Source: Catajapyx aquilonaris (Eukaryota). From it: 64,000 nucleotides of DNA. This document shows, piece after piece, positions 25,292-37,300 of the stretch. Each line of letters opens with the position of its first letter. The stretch's first letter is position 1. The notes beneath the pieces are model-generated. The model saw only the letters and a program-made list of their open reading frames with translations, ran no database searches and was not told the origin of the DNA. The DNA is taken from positions 1 to 64,000 of the forward strand of contig JYFJ02001995.1 of NCBI GenBank assembly GCA_000934665.2, written 5' to 3'. The position numbers were made by a program, and so were the translations under genes.

Positions 25292-26709
25292 AGTACGAAT
25301 TCACCAGGCTTGTCTGGAGCATCTCTGCAACATTGTATGGACAAATTGTCCGGCTCGATTTAGTGCTGAAAATTTTAAGCAAATAATTATGCCGACAGAC
25401 AGGTTCCACTCAAGTCTGATAATGCATTTGCAATCCTACCCCCGTTGCTTTGGCACGGCCCGCAAAACTGCACAATTTGGCTGTCACACAGCGCAAATAT
25501 CCAATGCAAATTCTACTAATGTGCACGCATTCGCCCTTATATTTGCGATTACTTGCAATGGCCCAGAGATATAAGCCCCCCCTCCCTCCCTGCAGCAATC
25601 CCCGAGTAATGGAATGGCGAACCCATATAAAAATGGGGGGGNGGGGGGTTCCCGTCAAACACACTTGGCATGGGCCTCCACAAAAAAAAACTCCAAAAAA
25701 AATCATATTTCAGCCTAAAAGCCAATGTATGGAACCTCCTTACATATGTAATGCTCCAGGATCCAATATTGAAAGGACTGATATTATTGCTGCAGAGTTG
25801 AAGCACTTAGGAGAATAATGGCGGAAACTTGCTTCTAATATCCTTGGCCCCACCAACCTATAGTAGTGCCCGCAGAGTTGGCTAGAGTTAGAAACACCCC
25901 CCCCCCCCCTTCCTACCCCCAACCTCCTACCCTCCCAAAAATATTAGGCTCCCTCATAACGCGGGGCCCGGAATAAAACGAAGCACTCTGTGCCAACATT
26001 AAATCTCTTTGTAATTACTGTTTCATTTCCTCAATACCAATTTAGGAAGCCAATGTAGGCTGGGAAAACTAGCACAGTAATTAGAGAGGGAGTACTTGGA
26101 TGAACCGCTTTATCACTGGCAACGGTAATGAGGGACGATAATAATGCCAGGCGAGCTTTGACACATGGCGCAGTGCGAGGGGCCCACGTGGATCACGATT
26201 TTGCAGCAATAATTAGCGAGGAAACAGAATGTCCCTCCTGGTCGTTATGAATAATGAGGTGGGTTATTTCACTTGGTGGATGATGGGCGCAAGAACCGCG
26301 GTGCAAATCATTTTTCAAGCTCGGGAGAGGAAATTACAAGGGGGTGAAGGTTGGGGGTTGGATGGGGGCGGGGGAGCGGGATGGAAGAGAGGAGAGGATG
26401 GGGAGTGGATAGGGGGAAGGGTAGGAAACTCTCTCGGCAAGCCGCTAACTTTGATTTAAAAGGACTGGGGACAAAACAGACTTGGCTTGGGGATTTGTTT
26501 TGAACTTGCATTTTCAGGACGAGGGTTAATGTGGGTCTTGCGTGTTTATTCTGGGACGTTTGGAGGCTATTCAAACTGCTGTTTTCTTTTTAAATATTGC
26601 CATTTTTATTTATGTCTTTTACAGTGCCCTTGAGACGGCCAATTTAATCATTTTAAATATACACACATCATTCGAATAGTATTGAAGTCACAAGTATTTA
26701 ATTACAAAA

Positions 26710-26925
26710 CCAGTAAAACCCGAGCGACGGTAGAGGAGGGAGAAGTTGAGATGTCGGGAGATACGATCCGCGATGTTTACTCGCCGCCAGTCAGCAAGCA
26801 ACTGAAGAGTTCCTCACCCATTGCGCAGACGCAGGACGGGAGCCAATCGGAACCGTCGCACTAACAATGGCGGGCCAATCAGAAGTCTTACGCAATCAAC
26901 ACTAATACGATTTTAATATTATAGA
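26710..26925 (-). mobile_element. Non-autonomous Helitron-like element, 216 bp
   Basis: Minus strand begins A|TCTATAATATTAAAA and ends CCGTCGCTCGGGTTTTACTGG|T: TC start, CTRR end, A|T insertion site, no TSD, degenerate subterminal hairpin. Confidence 0.6.
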
Positions 26926-28478
26926 TAGAAAGTCCCAGAAAAAGTGGGAGGAGTTAGAAGCAGCCAATCTTGGAGCTCAGTATGTGATCCTGGAATATCG
27001 ATATATCGGTCCGTCGCGATATATCAAGGAGGGCCGTTTAAAAAAATGATGGCGGGGTTACTGCTCGTATTGTGAGATACCGCCAGTTCCTTTCAATCCA
27101 ACTGGTGTATACCCGACCATCCTGCAGTGTCCTGTTCCTCCCACGCAAGGCAAAGCGGTGTGACATGTCCCAGCTGTCACTCATACTCGATTGTGCTGGA
27201 TGGAAACGTTTTGGGGGGCCGACTTTGCCACATGTGCTGCACACTGCTGGCTAATGGACTGCGAACAATTTTAAATTGCGCTAGAGAGCTCACTGCCAAT
27301 TTAATGCGATGCTATGCTGAGAGTAGGCAGGGGGTGGGCCATGTGTGTGTGGGGGGAGAAACACTGGGAAAACTGATACCCACTAATTACGCACCCCTCC
27401 GGTATATACTCGTGTATGCAACGGCACAACACATGGCACACACCCACGAGTATATGCCGCACATATCATTTCTGCGACTGTCCAGAAGACAACCCAATAC
27501 TGACAAACATTGTACTCTACATATCCCCCTTGGTACCAAAAGTAGAACCTTCTCTATATTTTTATGCAGGCCATGCCTTTTTAAAATGACTGACCTCGTC
27601 TCCAGCCCCTGTTGTCGCCCCTAGCTTCCTTAGTAATTCTGGCGGGTTTCCGTCCGGGACATGACCATCCAGGGGCTCATCAAACCGAGGCCTAATCCAA
27701 GCCCAAGTTTCATCCGGAAGTACAAAGGGACCCAAACTGCCCACTTTACTCTATTCATTTTCAATCCCATATGCAAGCCGGGGCCCACCCCTCCTCTCTC
27801 GGTTAATTAATTCTTCCCTTCCCAGACACCTTTCTAGCCTTGCGCATCTGCATAATGTATGCCAAACGTACCGTTAATGTCTTCTTTCTCATGCAGATTC
27901 GAAAAGTGTTATCAGCGTCCCACATATGCCCCCCCCCCCCATCCATATATAGCTAGTTATTCCAGCTGCGAGCATTTCCAGCCAACAATATTTGACGATA
28001 CATCCGTGGGAACCACGCAAAAATGGACCAGAAAAAATGTGATTTTCTTGGTCCATCCCAATAAGCGAATATGCTTCTCGAGGTATGGCTGAAGGAACCT
28101 TTATTAAATAACTCTTGAAAAGCAGGGGGTTCCCCGGTTATATCGAACCGTTTCTAGGGGCTGGGGGGTGTAGCTGAAAAACTTGAATCTCTGGGGCTAT
28201 ATTGAGGGTCACGATACCCATTAGGAGTCACACCCTATAAACCTGTCAGTAAAACACAAAGTCTGCCGATATTACTACTTACAGCATCATAATCTAAGTT
28301 GGACAACTGGATATGTTCGGCTGATTAGCATCAAAACGACTTTTAGTTTCCGACCGACTGAACCTGGTCATGTCGTGACTCCTCCCAAAAAAAGAAGTTT
28401 GAATGCTGGGAATTTTCGCAAACGATTAATTGGAGACGGCATCGCAACTACTAAAGGGCCTCGTGTCACGCTTCCTAC

Positions 28479-28610
28479 CTTCTGGGAGACATTTTCATTC
28501 CCGGCAGCCAAGTGATATCACTGGCGCTTGGAAGCAGAAACGGATGGATATTCTTCGTCTCCAGTGAATTCCACAGTGCTTGACAATCTCCGTCAGTCTT
28601 CCTTCGTCGT
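28479..28610 (-). other. Candidate 132-nt exon (possible exon 2)
   Basis: Acceptor TTTTTTTGTCTGTCGTCTGTTCCATCCACTGGTTCTAG| and donor AAG|GTAGGA. One open frame, ending ATG AAA ATG TCT CCC AGA AG. Confidence 0.45.
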
Positions 28611-31254
28611 CTAGAACCAGTGGATGGAACAGACGACAGACAAAAAAAAATAAGAAAAAGAAATCCATACCCGAGAGCTGTTTGACAGCTTCATAACACC
28701 TCTTGGGCTGGGTGCAGGTTAATCACAATGCACCGACGTGTCCAAATTGCTTTTAAGCGAGGCAAAAGACATTCCAGGCTGCGAATTCGACAAGGAAATT
28801 ACGAATCCGATGATGTTCTGCCATTTGCACCAAAGTTCTCCCACGTCGGCTGGAATTTGCCTGCTTGAATGCAAAGCCAGACCAGCTACCATTATTGGGA
28901 TGCACGTTTCGAGAGAGAGGGGGGGGGGTGGATGAGAGGAATGGGACAGGAAAAGGGGATGAGGAGACATGGCCCTCTTGTTAAACTACACCAAAAAAAA
29001 ATCTTCTGCTTTTTTTCCGCAAATTTTTACACCAACAACTAGCAAGATCAGAAAAAAACAGGTCCTACTAATAGGTGTCATTTGAAATTCCAGTCCCACA
29101 CTCGGCTGGGAGGCCAATGTGTGCTGCGGGCGTCCCAAATTGCGGGGGTGAGAATTCTATGGTCAAATGGAGAGGACCTTAAAACGCCTTGTGAATACCG
29201 CCACCATTTTTCATCACAATTACTCCTTTTTCCCGGCCCTCGCTACTCTTTCTATAGCAAATGGAGTGAACCCGACCGTTTTCCACTGGCCAAAAATTGG
29301 TCTAACAATGGCGGCTATTCAGGCAATGTGCGCGCGCATTGGCGCATGCGCATGGTTCAGACCACGTGCGTCGCCATTTTTGATCTAGTTAATCACGCCT
29401 GTTCGTTGCAGACATATTTTACTCGCTGAAAAACTGAAACTTGTCCTTAAAAATGAAAATGTCGAGGAAAAAAAGTGATATTTTCTTCCCTGAACATATG
29501 AGTTTCCGGTAATACAATATTTTTCGTCCCGTTTCGTCCTGATTCGTGACAACGTATCTTCAGGGAGCTAAAACAGGGTGTAGAAAAAAAAACCGGGGGG
29601 TGATTTGAGGCCGCGAAGGGGTGTGCGCGTCGCCTATTGTTTACACACTCCTCCTGAGAGCATGGCGGCGGATATATGCGATGGGACAGTGGACGTGAGA
29701 TGCATACAAGAGGCAAAGCAGGAGGAGGAAAGGGGGGGCTGCTATGCCTTCCGCTTGTCCGCATTCGTTTCCGAGCATTTTTCCTGGGTCGTTAGTCCCT
29801 CAGAAAATGGGGAACAGGGATACGGGGCTTGCCCTAAGGGAAACACTAATCGAGTTACGACATGGCCCCCTCCTTCCTGTCACTTTGCCATTTTTGTAAC
29901 ATCTGCTGAAATTACGACGATTTTTTTTCCTCCATGCAATTTCAGACTGATAAGCAGCCAGGGATTTCCCTCCAATATAATCCGGACTCCGGTTGTGTCC
30001 CGGGTTGCCTATGCTTACACTGGTCCATTATCATCATCGAGTGGCATCCCAGGCAGGAAAAAGAGGGGGGCGGAAGTGACACGTCTGATGGGCGAGTGCT
30101 CAATCAGAAAGCGCCGGACACTGCCCGCGAGATTAGCTACCATCAGGGCTATATCGGGAAGCTCAGGGCACGCGGCCCTGTTTGTCCTGGCATAATTAAT
30201 AACTGAATTCATAATGGACGCAACGACGATGTGTTCTCACCCTCAATATTTTTCTTGGCTCAAAATAAGTCTCTGTAAAATAAAATTTAAGCGATTTTTT
30301 TTTGCACATAAGTCCTGAATTCTGTAGGGACAGTCTTTTGAATAAGGGTTAAATTTACAGGAAGACTTCTTGTCAACTGAAAGGTCGGGGGACTAGGGGG
30401 GGTGTGATGGCGTTAGAGGGGGGGATGCCGGCTTTTGAAACGGGGGGCAACGCTTTTCACAGGTTGACAGCATCCAATCAGCATTTATCTGAACAACAAT
30501 CTAGCCCACATTCAACTCGGTTACCAGCCCAATCTCCCGCTCTGATTAAAAACATCTCATCGGGGCGGGCGGGCGGGCGTTTCCAAAAGCCCGCCACATG
30601 GGAGCAGGGGATGGAGAGGTGAGGGAGAGTTGACTCCCCTTTGCTTATTTACCCTACCCACTTTGGGGGATAGACACCTACAGATCGGCTTCAAATTGCG
30701 ATTTTTTTTTTCGCAATCGCAAATTCTCCTAGGGCAAAGTCCTATCGACTTTGCCTGACTATAATTGACGTCACCTTCTGTTTACACTCCTTTCACCTTG
30801 ACCCAATTATACCGCTGCATCCAACTGCAGCCAACTAAGCGGAGGTGCAACATCTACCTTGTAACCCCGGCACATGTGCGGCTCGAGCCCTGATTGGCCG
30901 GAGTTAGCACATGGCCGCAAAAATATATATATTCCGGCACTGAAAAGCCAAATTTGAACATGTGGGCACATTTGACACATCGCACTTTTAAAGCAAATTT
31001 ACATACGATTCGCAGAGTCTGAAGGGTCTGAACCTGACCGCGGACCGGTTCCTGACGAGCAATAGAAATCCGCAAGAATAGTCCTCAATCAGAAGTTCAT
31101 CAAGTGGTCTATTCAAGAGACCCCCGGCGTTTCGGTTACACTCGATTCAAAAAAAAAAAGCTGGGGGAAGGTTGTCCGAACCCCTCTACGTTCATCAGGC
31201 TAGGTATTGAGAATCAATTACACCCTGAGAACCCTAAGGAAAAAATCTACTCAC

Positions 31255-31353
31255 GTGTGTTGTTGAGGGTTTTTTTGAGAGAGAAAAACGTTGTGATGTT
31301 GTGAGGAGCGAGACTGTGGGACGTCCTCACTGGTCCGGCGCCGGACTCGTACT
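31255..31353 (-). other. Candidate non-coding first exon (99 nt)
   Basis: Runs from the Inr A(+1) at 31353 to the donor CAC|GTGAGTAG (GTGAGT at 31254-31249); contains no ATG. Confidence 0.6.
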
Positions 31354-31399
31354 GAAGAGTCACGCGCACGGCGAGTAGTCGGCGAGGCGGCGAGAGAGA
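31321..31399 (-). promoter_or_regulatory. TATA-less Inr+DPE RNA polymerase II core promoter
   Basis: TCAGTA with A at 31353 as +1. GGACGT at exactly +28 to +33 (31326-31321) matches DPE RGWYV; G at +24. GAGAGAGA at 31392-31399. Locally CpG-rich. Confidence 0.65.
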
Positions 31400-34300
31400 A
31401 CGTTCCTTCCGCGGATGGAACGGCCTCTGGATTGTGCTTTTCCAGGGCCGGTTTTCGATGGGGGGGAGAGTCGCAGAACCCGGCGCAACTCTTTGGAGGC
31501 CCCGCTGCGCTGGTTGCTTGAAAAGAGACGGCGCAGTTTGAGGCTGGATACTCCACAGACACACATGTCACACTTGATAAGATCGTGTGGAAGCGTGTGT
31601 CTAGGGGCATGTATATGGCAACACTATACGCAAATCACAATATTCGTAAAGGTAACGATCGAACACCTTTTCGCCAAATTAAGCAGCACTCTACTGATAT
31701 TTGCACGCCCACAGTCGAAAACAGTTACTTGGATAGATTATGATTAATGTATAAGCCCAAAGCCTATCGGTACTGTACGTGGCGTATTTCATCAGATAGA
31801 CTCTTAGGAACAGGACCAAAATGAAAGCGGGGAATAAATTATTTAAGCTGGGCAGTTGTAAGCGTTGTATAATATTCAGTGTTAGTGATATCTCACTCTT
31901 AATGTGTCCATGCAAATGTGCGGTCGTGGGAGAAATATTTGCAGTTATGTGCGTCATTGCTGGATTATCTTGAGCTGTTCTTGGCATATCTTTTTAGGTT
32001 ATAGTCGCTATCGGTGTGTTTATTTGTGTAAAGGTGATGCCCAAAGGCAGGTAGAACCAGTGGATTTGTAATTGGCGTCTGATATTTTCATCAAAGGCTA
32101 AAATATTTAAAAATTTGAACTTCCTCATCCTACGCAAAATTAAAATTATGTGTGATGAATGATGGATAAGCAAATTTTTAAAAACGCGAATAAATTCATT
32201 TAGAATGGAAAGTAATTCTGCAGTGTATATTAAAAAAATTCTGAACGATTTTATATTCATTGCACCACCTTTGCATGCTGCTGAAATTTCATGCACTTGG
32301 CTTTTTCATTTCATATTATACTTGACAAGGATATTCATGGTAAAGGTGACAACATTGTGCTTCAACCTTCATGTTGTATTTCTACATCAGTTGTGCAACA
32401 TAATTTGTCAATCGCTGACACCATTGTCAGGGTTGCTGGTTATGAACTGTATACATATGCCGCGCAAGCAGTACAAAGCTGAAATAAAAATAAGTGAGCA
32501 TATCCGCTTGCACTGTTCAGAAGTAATAACTGCCAACAGAATAATATATACACCTGCAGAAGCGACCTTCATCATACACTTGTTTTTCCTCATACAGTTG
32601 TTAGGACAATCTGTGCAAGGCTGGTTGTACTGTACATTATTCAAATTTTTGTACTGCTGTAACATGTAACACTTGCAACAAAAAATTAAACCATGTTCTC
32701 TAGTCCATTCGCAGTGCTGCTTCCAATTTTCCCATCAGTCGGATCAACCCGTACAAGCTTCAAAATGGAGAGACACACTGAAGCGTAGACCAACAGTGAG
32801 TGCGCCTAACAATCAAATCCGTATACGTAATGGAAGCACGTTAGAGAAACAGTTGTGCTGCGAAATGGACTGTGAAAACTGAACCAGTAGGAGATGGGTC
32901 CTATAATGATTAATAAAGGGGTGCATGGATGCAGTCACCGCCTAACATACGACCGTCCCCCATCCCTGCATGCGCATTCATCTGCCTCGACAACCCAACA
33001 CGGCTCATAAAAGCTGAAATATCACATGCACACGTTACATGCTCCTGACTTACATGGGATCTAACGTGGATGGATTGGCCAACACTTATACCCACTCTGG
33101 CGCTGTCATCCGCAACATAAACCAGCAGGGGAGGTCGTCTCGATCATCCACCAGGGATGGAGGGTGCCAGTAATTCAATTTGTGTGGTAATATCTTCAAA
33201 AGTAATATTATCATTCTATACAGACATATGTCAATAACTGACTTTATTATTGATCTGCATCTCAACCATTTTTCAAGTGTAACAAAGTGTCTATCCCTTA
33301 ATTTTGAGCCTGTTATTCTCCAGGGACGCTCACAACAATGCATGCAAATGACCATCTCCCCCCTATTTTTTGCACCCTGGACACCCTACCCGCCTCCTAT
33401 CCGACCGTGGTTGCTACTTAATTATAGGAGGGTGTTTTTACGTTAATTAGTGGATCAAGCAGAGGTGGTGCGAGAGGGGGATGGAAAAGCCATGAGGGAG
33501 CCCAGCCTCATCCTGATCACAAGCCAGCTAAATATGTAAGCAACGGTCAATATTTTTACTCTAACATACCGATTCGAAAAGTATGAAAGATGATGCAGTC
33601 AGTTCGGATCCTGTAATTTCCCACCCAAAAAAGAGCGAGCACTCCACTTTTTACCCTGCCCTACAACTTTGCAGAGGTATCTAAACGTGTCCTGCATTTT
33701 CCAGCAAGCCTCGTCTGGTCGTTGACTCGTGAAACGATGCGTCCAAAAACTCAAAATCCACACCAGTCCCTAGCTCTCTGGCACCAGAGTAAGAGTTGAA
33801 GCACAGGCGCCATATATATCCCCCCCCCCCCCAACCTCAAAACTTATATACATGACGAGTTTCTATAATTGAAATCATTTATGCTCCCCAATTAGAATAC
33901 TAATATCGTTCTTCCCGCGCCCGCGGTTTCCATTAATGGCAACGGACGTTTGCCGCGGGTTTTCATCTCAAGCATCTGACTTGGGGAACATGAAAATGAC
34001 AGTTGTATAGAGCTGGAAGGCTCATGCATTTTGCACGATTTTGGGGAATTCAGCCCGGGACATTAAAAGGTCGGGCTTGTGCCAAAACAGGTGAAATACA
34101 CATGCAAAAAAAATGGGCTCCACATCTTCAAATAGGTCATGCCCATTTTGAAAATAAGGGCAGTAAAATTTATCAAAATATTCATACTGCAGTATTGCTT
34201 ACTTAATCACCTCTAATTAGAAGAAAAAGGTGTGAAACACTTTGCACTTTGCACTTTGACATCATGTTAATTATTTTTCCAATTTATTTTCTATTGCAAT

Positions 34301-37300
34301 TTAGGACTAATGAACGATTTGGCCATATTGTCATCTTGCAACAAACACTCCTGGGCCCTCGTGTCAGAAGTCTGCAAAGTTGGCACCACTTGGCAGTGCC
34401 TTAGTAGCTAGGCCAGGAGACAAACTGCAGCGCAATGTTTTGACAGACACCGAGTATATTGGGCACCCCCACGAGTCGGGGAGGACGAAATAGCGGAGTG
34501 TCCAATTTCGCAGGCTGGATTTCGGGGCAGGAAAGGGCTGGATGGATAGATTATATCCCCCCAGAATATATCCCTGGCGAGAAGAGAGAGAGAAGAGTAT
34601 AGGGAGGGGTAGGGCCATGTATCACGTGGCCAGTCCTCCCCGGATATCGATGCGAGTTACCGGATGCCATTTCCCATTCCCTATAAGCCAGTCCTAGCAT
34701 CCATCTGATATCCGAAATTGAAACTTTTTCGCCTTTGAGATCTCTTTGTCAATGTCCTTCAACATTCCAATTCCCACAATATGATCGTGGACTTTCTATT
34801 TTCTACTTTTTTTCCCCCTCCTCCCCACTCCCACTCTCCATGGCCGGTGGGTGGGCGGGCGAGTGTGAGCCGGGGTCAAAAAGGTGGGAGGACTTTGATA
34901 AAAATGCTCGCATCAATTCCAGCACGGATATGTGACCTCGTGATATGGGAAAGTGGTGATCAACAGAAGCATTCCCCCCTCCCACCAAAAAAAAAGGAGG
35001 GCCTTCCTGGAATCCTCCCCACTGCTCCCTCCCCCATATCCCTCCCCCCTTCCCCAGCAGCTGCAAATAGCACTATTGATGGAAATTGTTAATAATCCAA
35101 CCAAAAGACCCCGCCCTCTGAACCGTGGCAGCACAGAGGGCCTGGGAAAAAGGAACGCATATTGAAACTAATTCAGTGTAATGCTAATTGGCTTTTCCAC
35201 TTTCGCAACATATCTCTCATTAACATCGCTGGCCCCTAATTTGGTGATGTATTATCACTTCGTTTGCTCGGATGCAGCAGGTACGTGCATTTTAATGAAA
35301 TTAGACCATATTTCACAATGAGCACTACCCACCACCGATATTGACGGTTACTTCCTCATCAATCTCTAGCCTTCCCAATTCATGGGTCTCCCCCCCATAT
35401 TATTAATAAATCCATTTGCAAATCAAAATGATGCGATAGAATTGCTCGGGCAATATTATAGCATTCGGATGAATTTAATGGGCTCCAAGTCAAATGAGTT
35501 GCATTAAGCAAATGAAGTACTAGGATAGTAGAGTCTGGGCTTGCTGTTCCAGGAGACGCCTCAATTTAATTGATTTCCATCTGCGATAACTTTTGTGCGC
35601 TTTGTAGCGCCTGCAGGGAGGGAACTTTGGAAGCCCTTTATGGTCGTCTATTTCCGACCACAATTACAATGGATTTATGTCACAAAACCAATCATCCAAA
35701 TTGATTTCACTGCAGGCCTCAGCTTTTGCCCATTCACTATATGCTGCCCCTACCCCCACCTCTATTTTTTTGACATTTTACCATTATGCATGTGGCTTGA
35801 TGCATAACATTCTTTTGTCGACTGTTTATAAATCCTACCGGTTAATGTTTCAACTCGATCGTTTTTCTCCGCCGCTTTTACAAACGGGCCAAACCTACCG
35901 TATATTACACGTTGTACAAAGAGGATGGTTTTTAAAGCAATGATTTATTGTGCCGACCAAACAAACAAAAAAAAAACACAATTCTGGCTAAAAGATTTCC
36001 TGATTAGAAACGCTAGAGACGTTTCATTTATTACTGAGGTAATTGTGCGGTGAGAAATTGAGTTCAGCTTGTATACGTATAGTGTAGAAGTATAAAAACT
36101 CCACTTCTAGTAATCAAATTAAATTGCGATGCAATAATTATAACATTATTGTACAGCTAATCTATGTAATCTTACTTGCAAGAATAAACACTTCACATAT
36201 TGGAGACAGCCCTATCCAGCACTCATTGAAGACAAAAATTACGTATGAAAGCAGTACTATATGTAATGTGTTCATAAACTGACCGAATTATTATGAGTAC
36301 ATCGATCAAATTAACCCTGCAATATCCATTAATGGTCAATTTAATGCTTTACATGACTTTTTACATGTAATAGCTTTTACATGTAAAAATATAACAAAAA
36401 TGACGTGCGGTGTCAGCACCAATAAAAATTACCTTAGGGGGCCATTATGATTCAATTTGGAAACAGCTTAATGTGGATGTCACTATAGCAAAGCGAGGGG
36501 GAGGGAAAAGCCTCGTTTTTGGCAGTCATTTCATTATTTTTTGCAAGCCTATCAACTGCTTTAATGAAGCGTGACGAATGGTCCATTCGTGGTCTCAAGG
36601 TTGATCATATTCAATTAATTAGCCCAAACCCGCAATAAAAATTCGCACTATTAAAAAGCAATTCCACTCAAATACCCCCTCCATGCTGGATAGTGCGGCA
36701 CTTCTTCCGGAACAATGGAAATATTTAAACGGGGAGCAATTTTGTGCGCTATTAGTTAAACAGGCCCCCCCGACATATATATGGAGATAAATAAATGGGA
36801 AGGGTCCTGAACAAATCGCAAAATAAAAGGAGCTCCTCTTATTGGCTGGAAGTATAAAAGATGTCGCCTGAACACTTTTTCTTCCAGCTGAAAGCCCCCG
36901 AATCCCATAAAGCGAACAAGAAGAGCACATAACTACTTTTGTCGTTGTGTTTGCCGAAATAAATCCGGTAATGTCCCCCTCCTCTGGCGAATACCTTTTT
37001 GCTCCGGATCCTTTCAGACTCCAGCTCGTTTTCCTCGACAAAAATGTGGCAGGAAAAGACACACGCCCCCCCTTGTTTATATATTGAGAAATGAAAGTGT
37101 CATTGGAGAAATTATTCGAGAGGTCTACAAATCATGAGCAAAAAGCTTAGCGCACCTGAGACGGTCCATCTTTTTATTGCATTTTAGCCATTATTATTCA
37201 CTATATATTAACATTGGCCGACACGTTCATACGATAATGGAGCTATATTTTACGATAATCGCAGCAGATTCCGATTTACTTATGGAGCTCAGCTGTCCAA

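Noticed and set aside
25857..25878. Resemblance to miR-252 (TAGTAGTGCC..GCAG)
   Set aside because: Seed region differs, an indel is needed and no precursor hairpin is evident.
31052..31075. Hammerhead ribozyme core CTGACGA...GAAA
   Set aside because: Helix II cannot close (G...A) and helices I/III are not apparent. Other CTGANGA hits inspected also lacked a paired GAAA.
31251..31610. 119-aa minus ORF as a coding first exon
   Set aside because: Its ATG lies upstream of the Inr/DPE-defined TSS, and openness is expected in this GC-rich patch. Not fully excluded.
31757..31790. YKPKAYRY similarity to the THAP9/P-element YSPKAY motif
   Set aside because: The frame is bounded by nearby stops and no other transposase motif follows.
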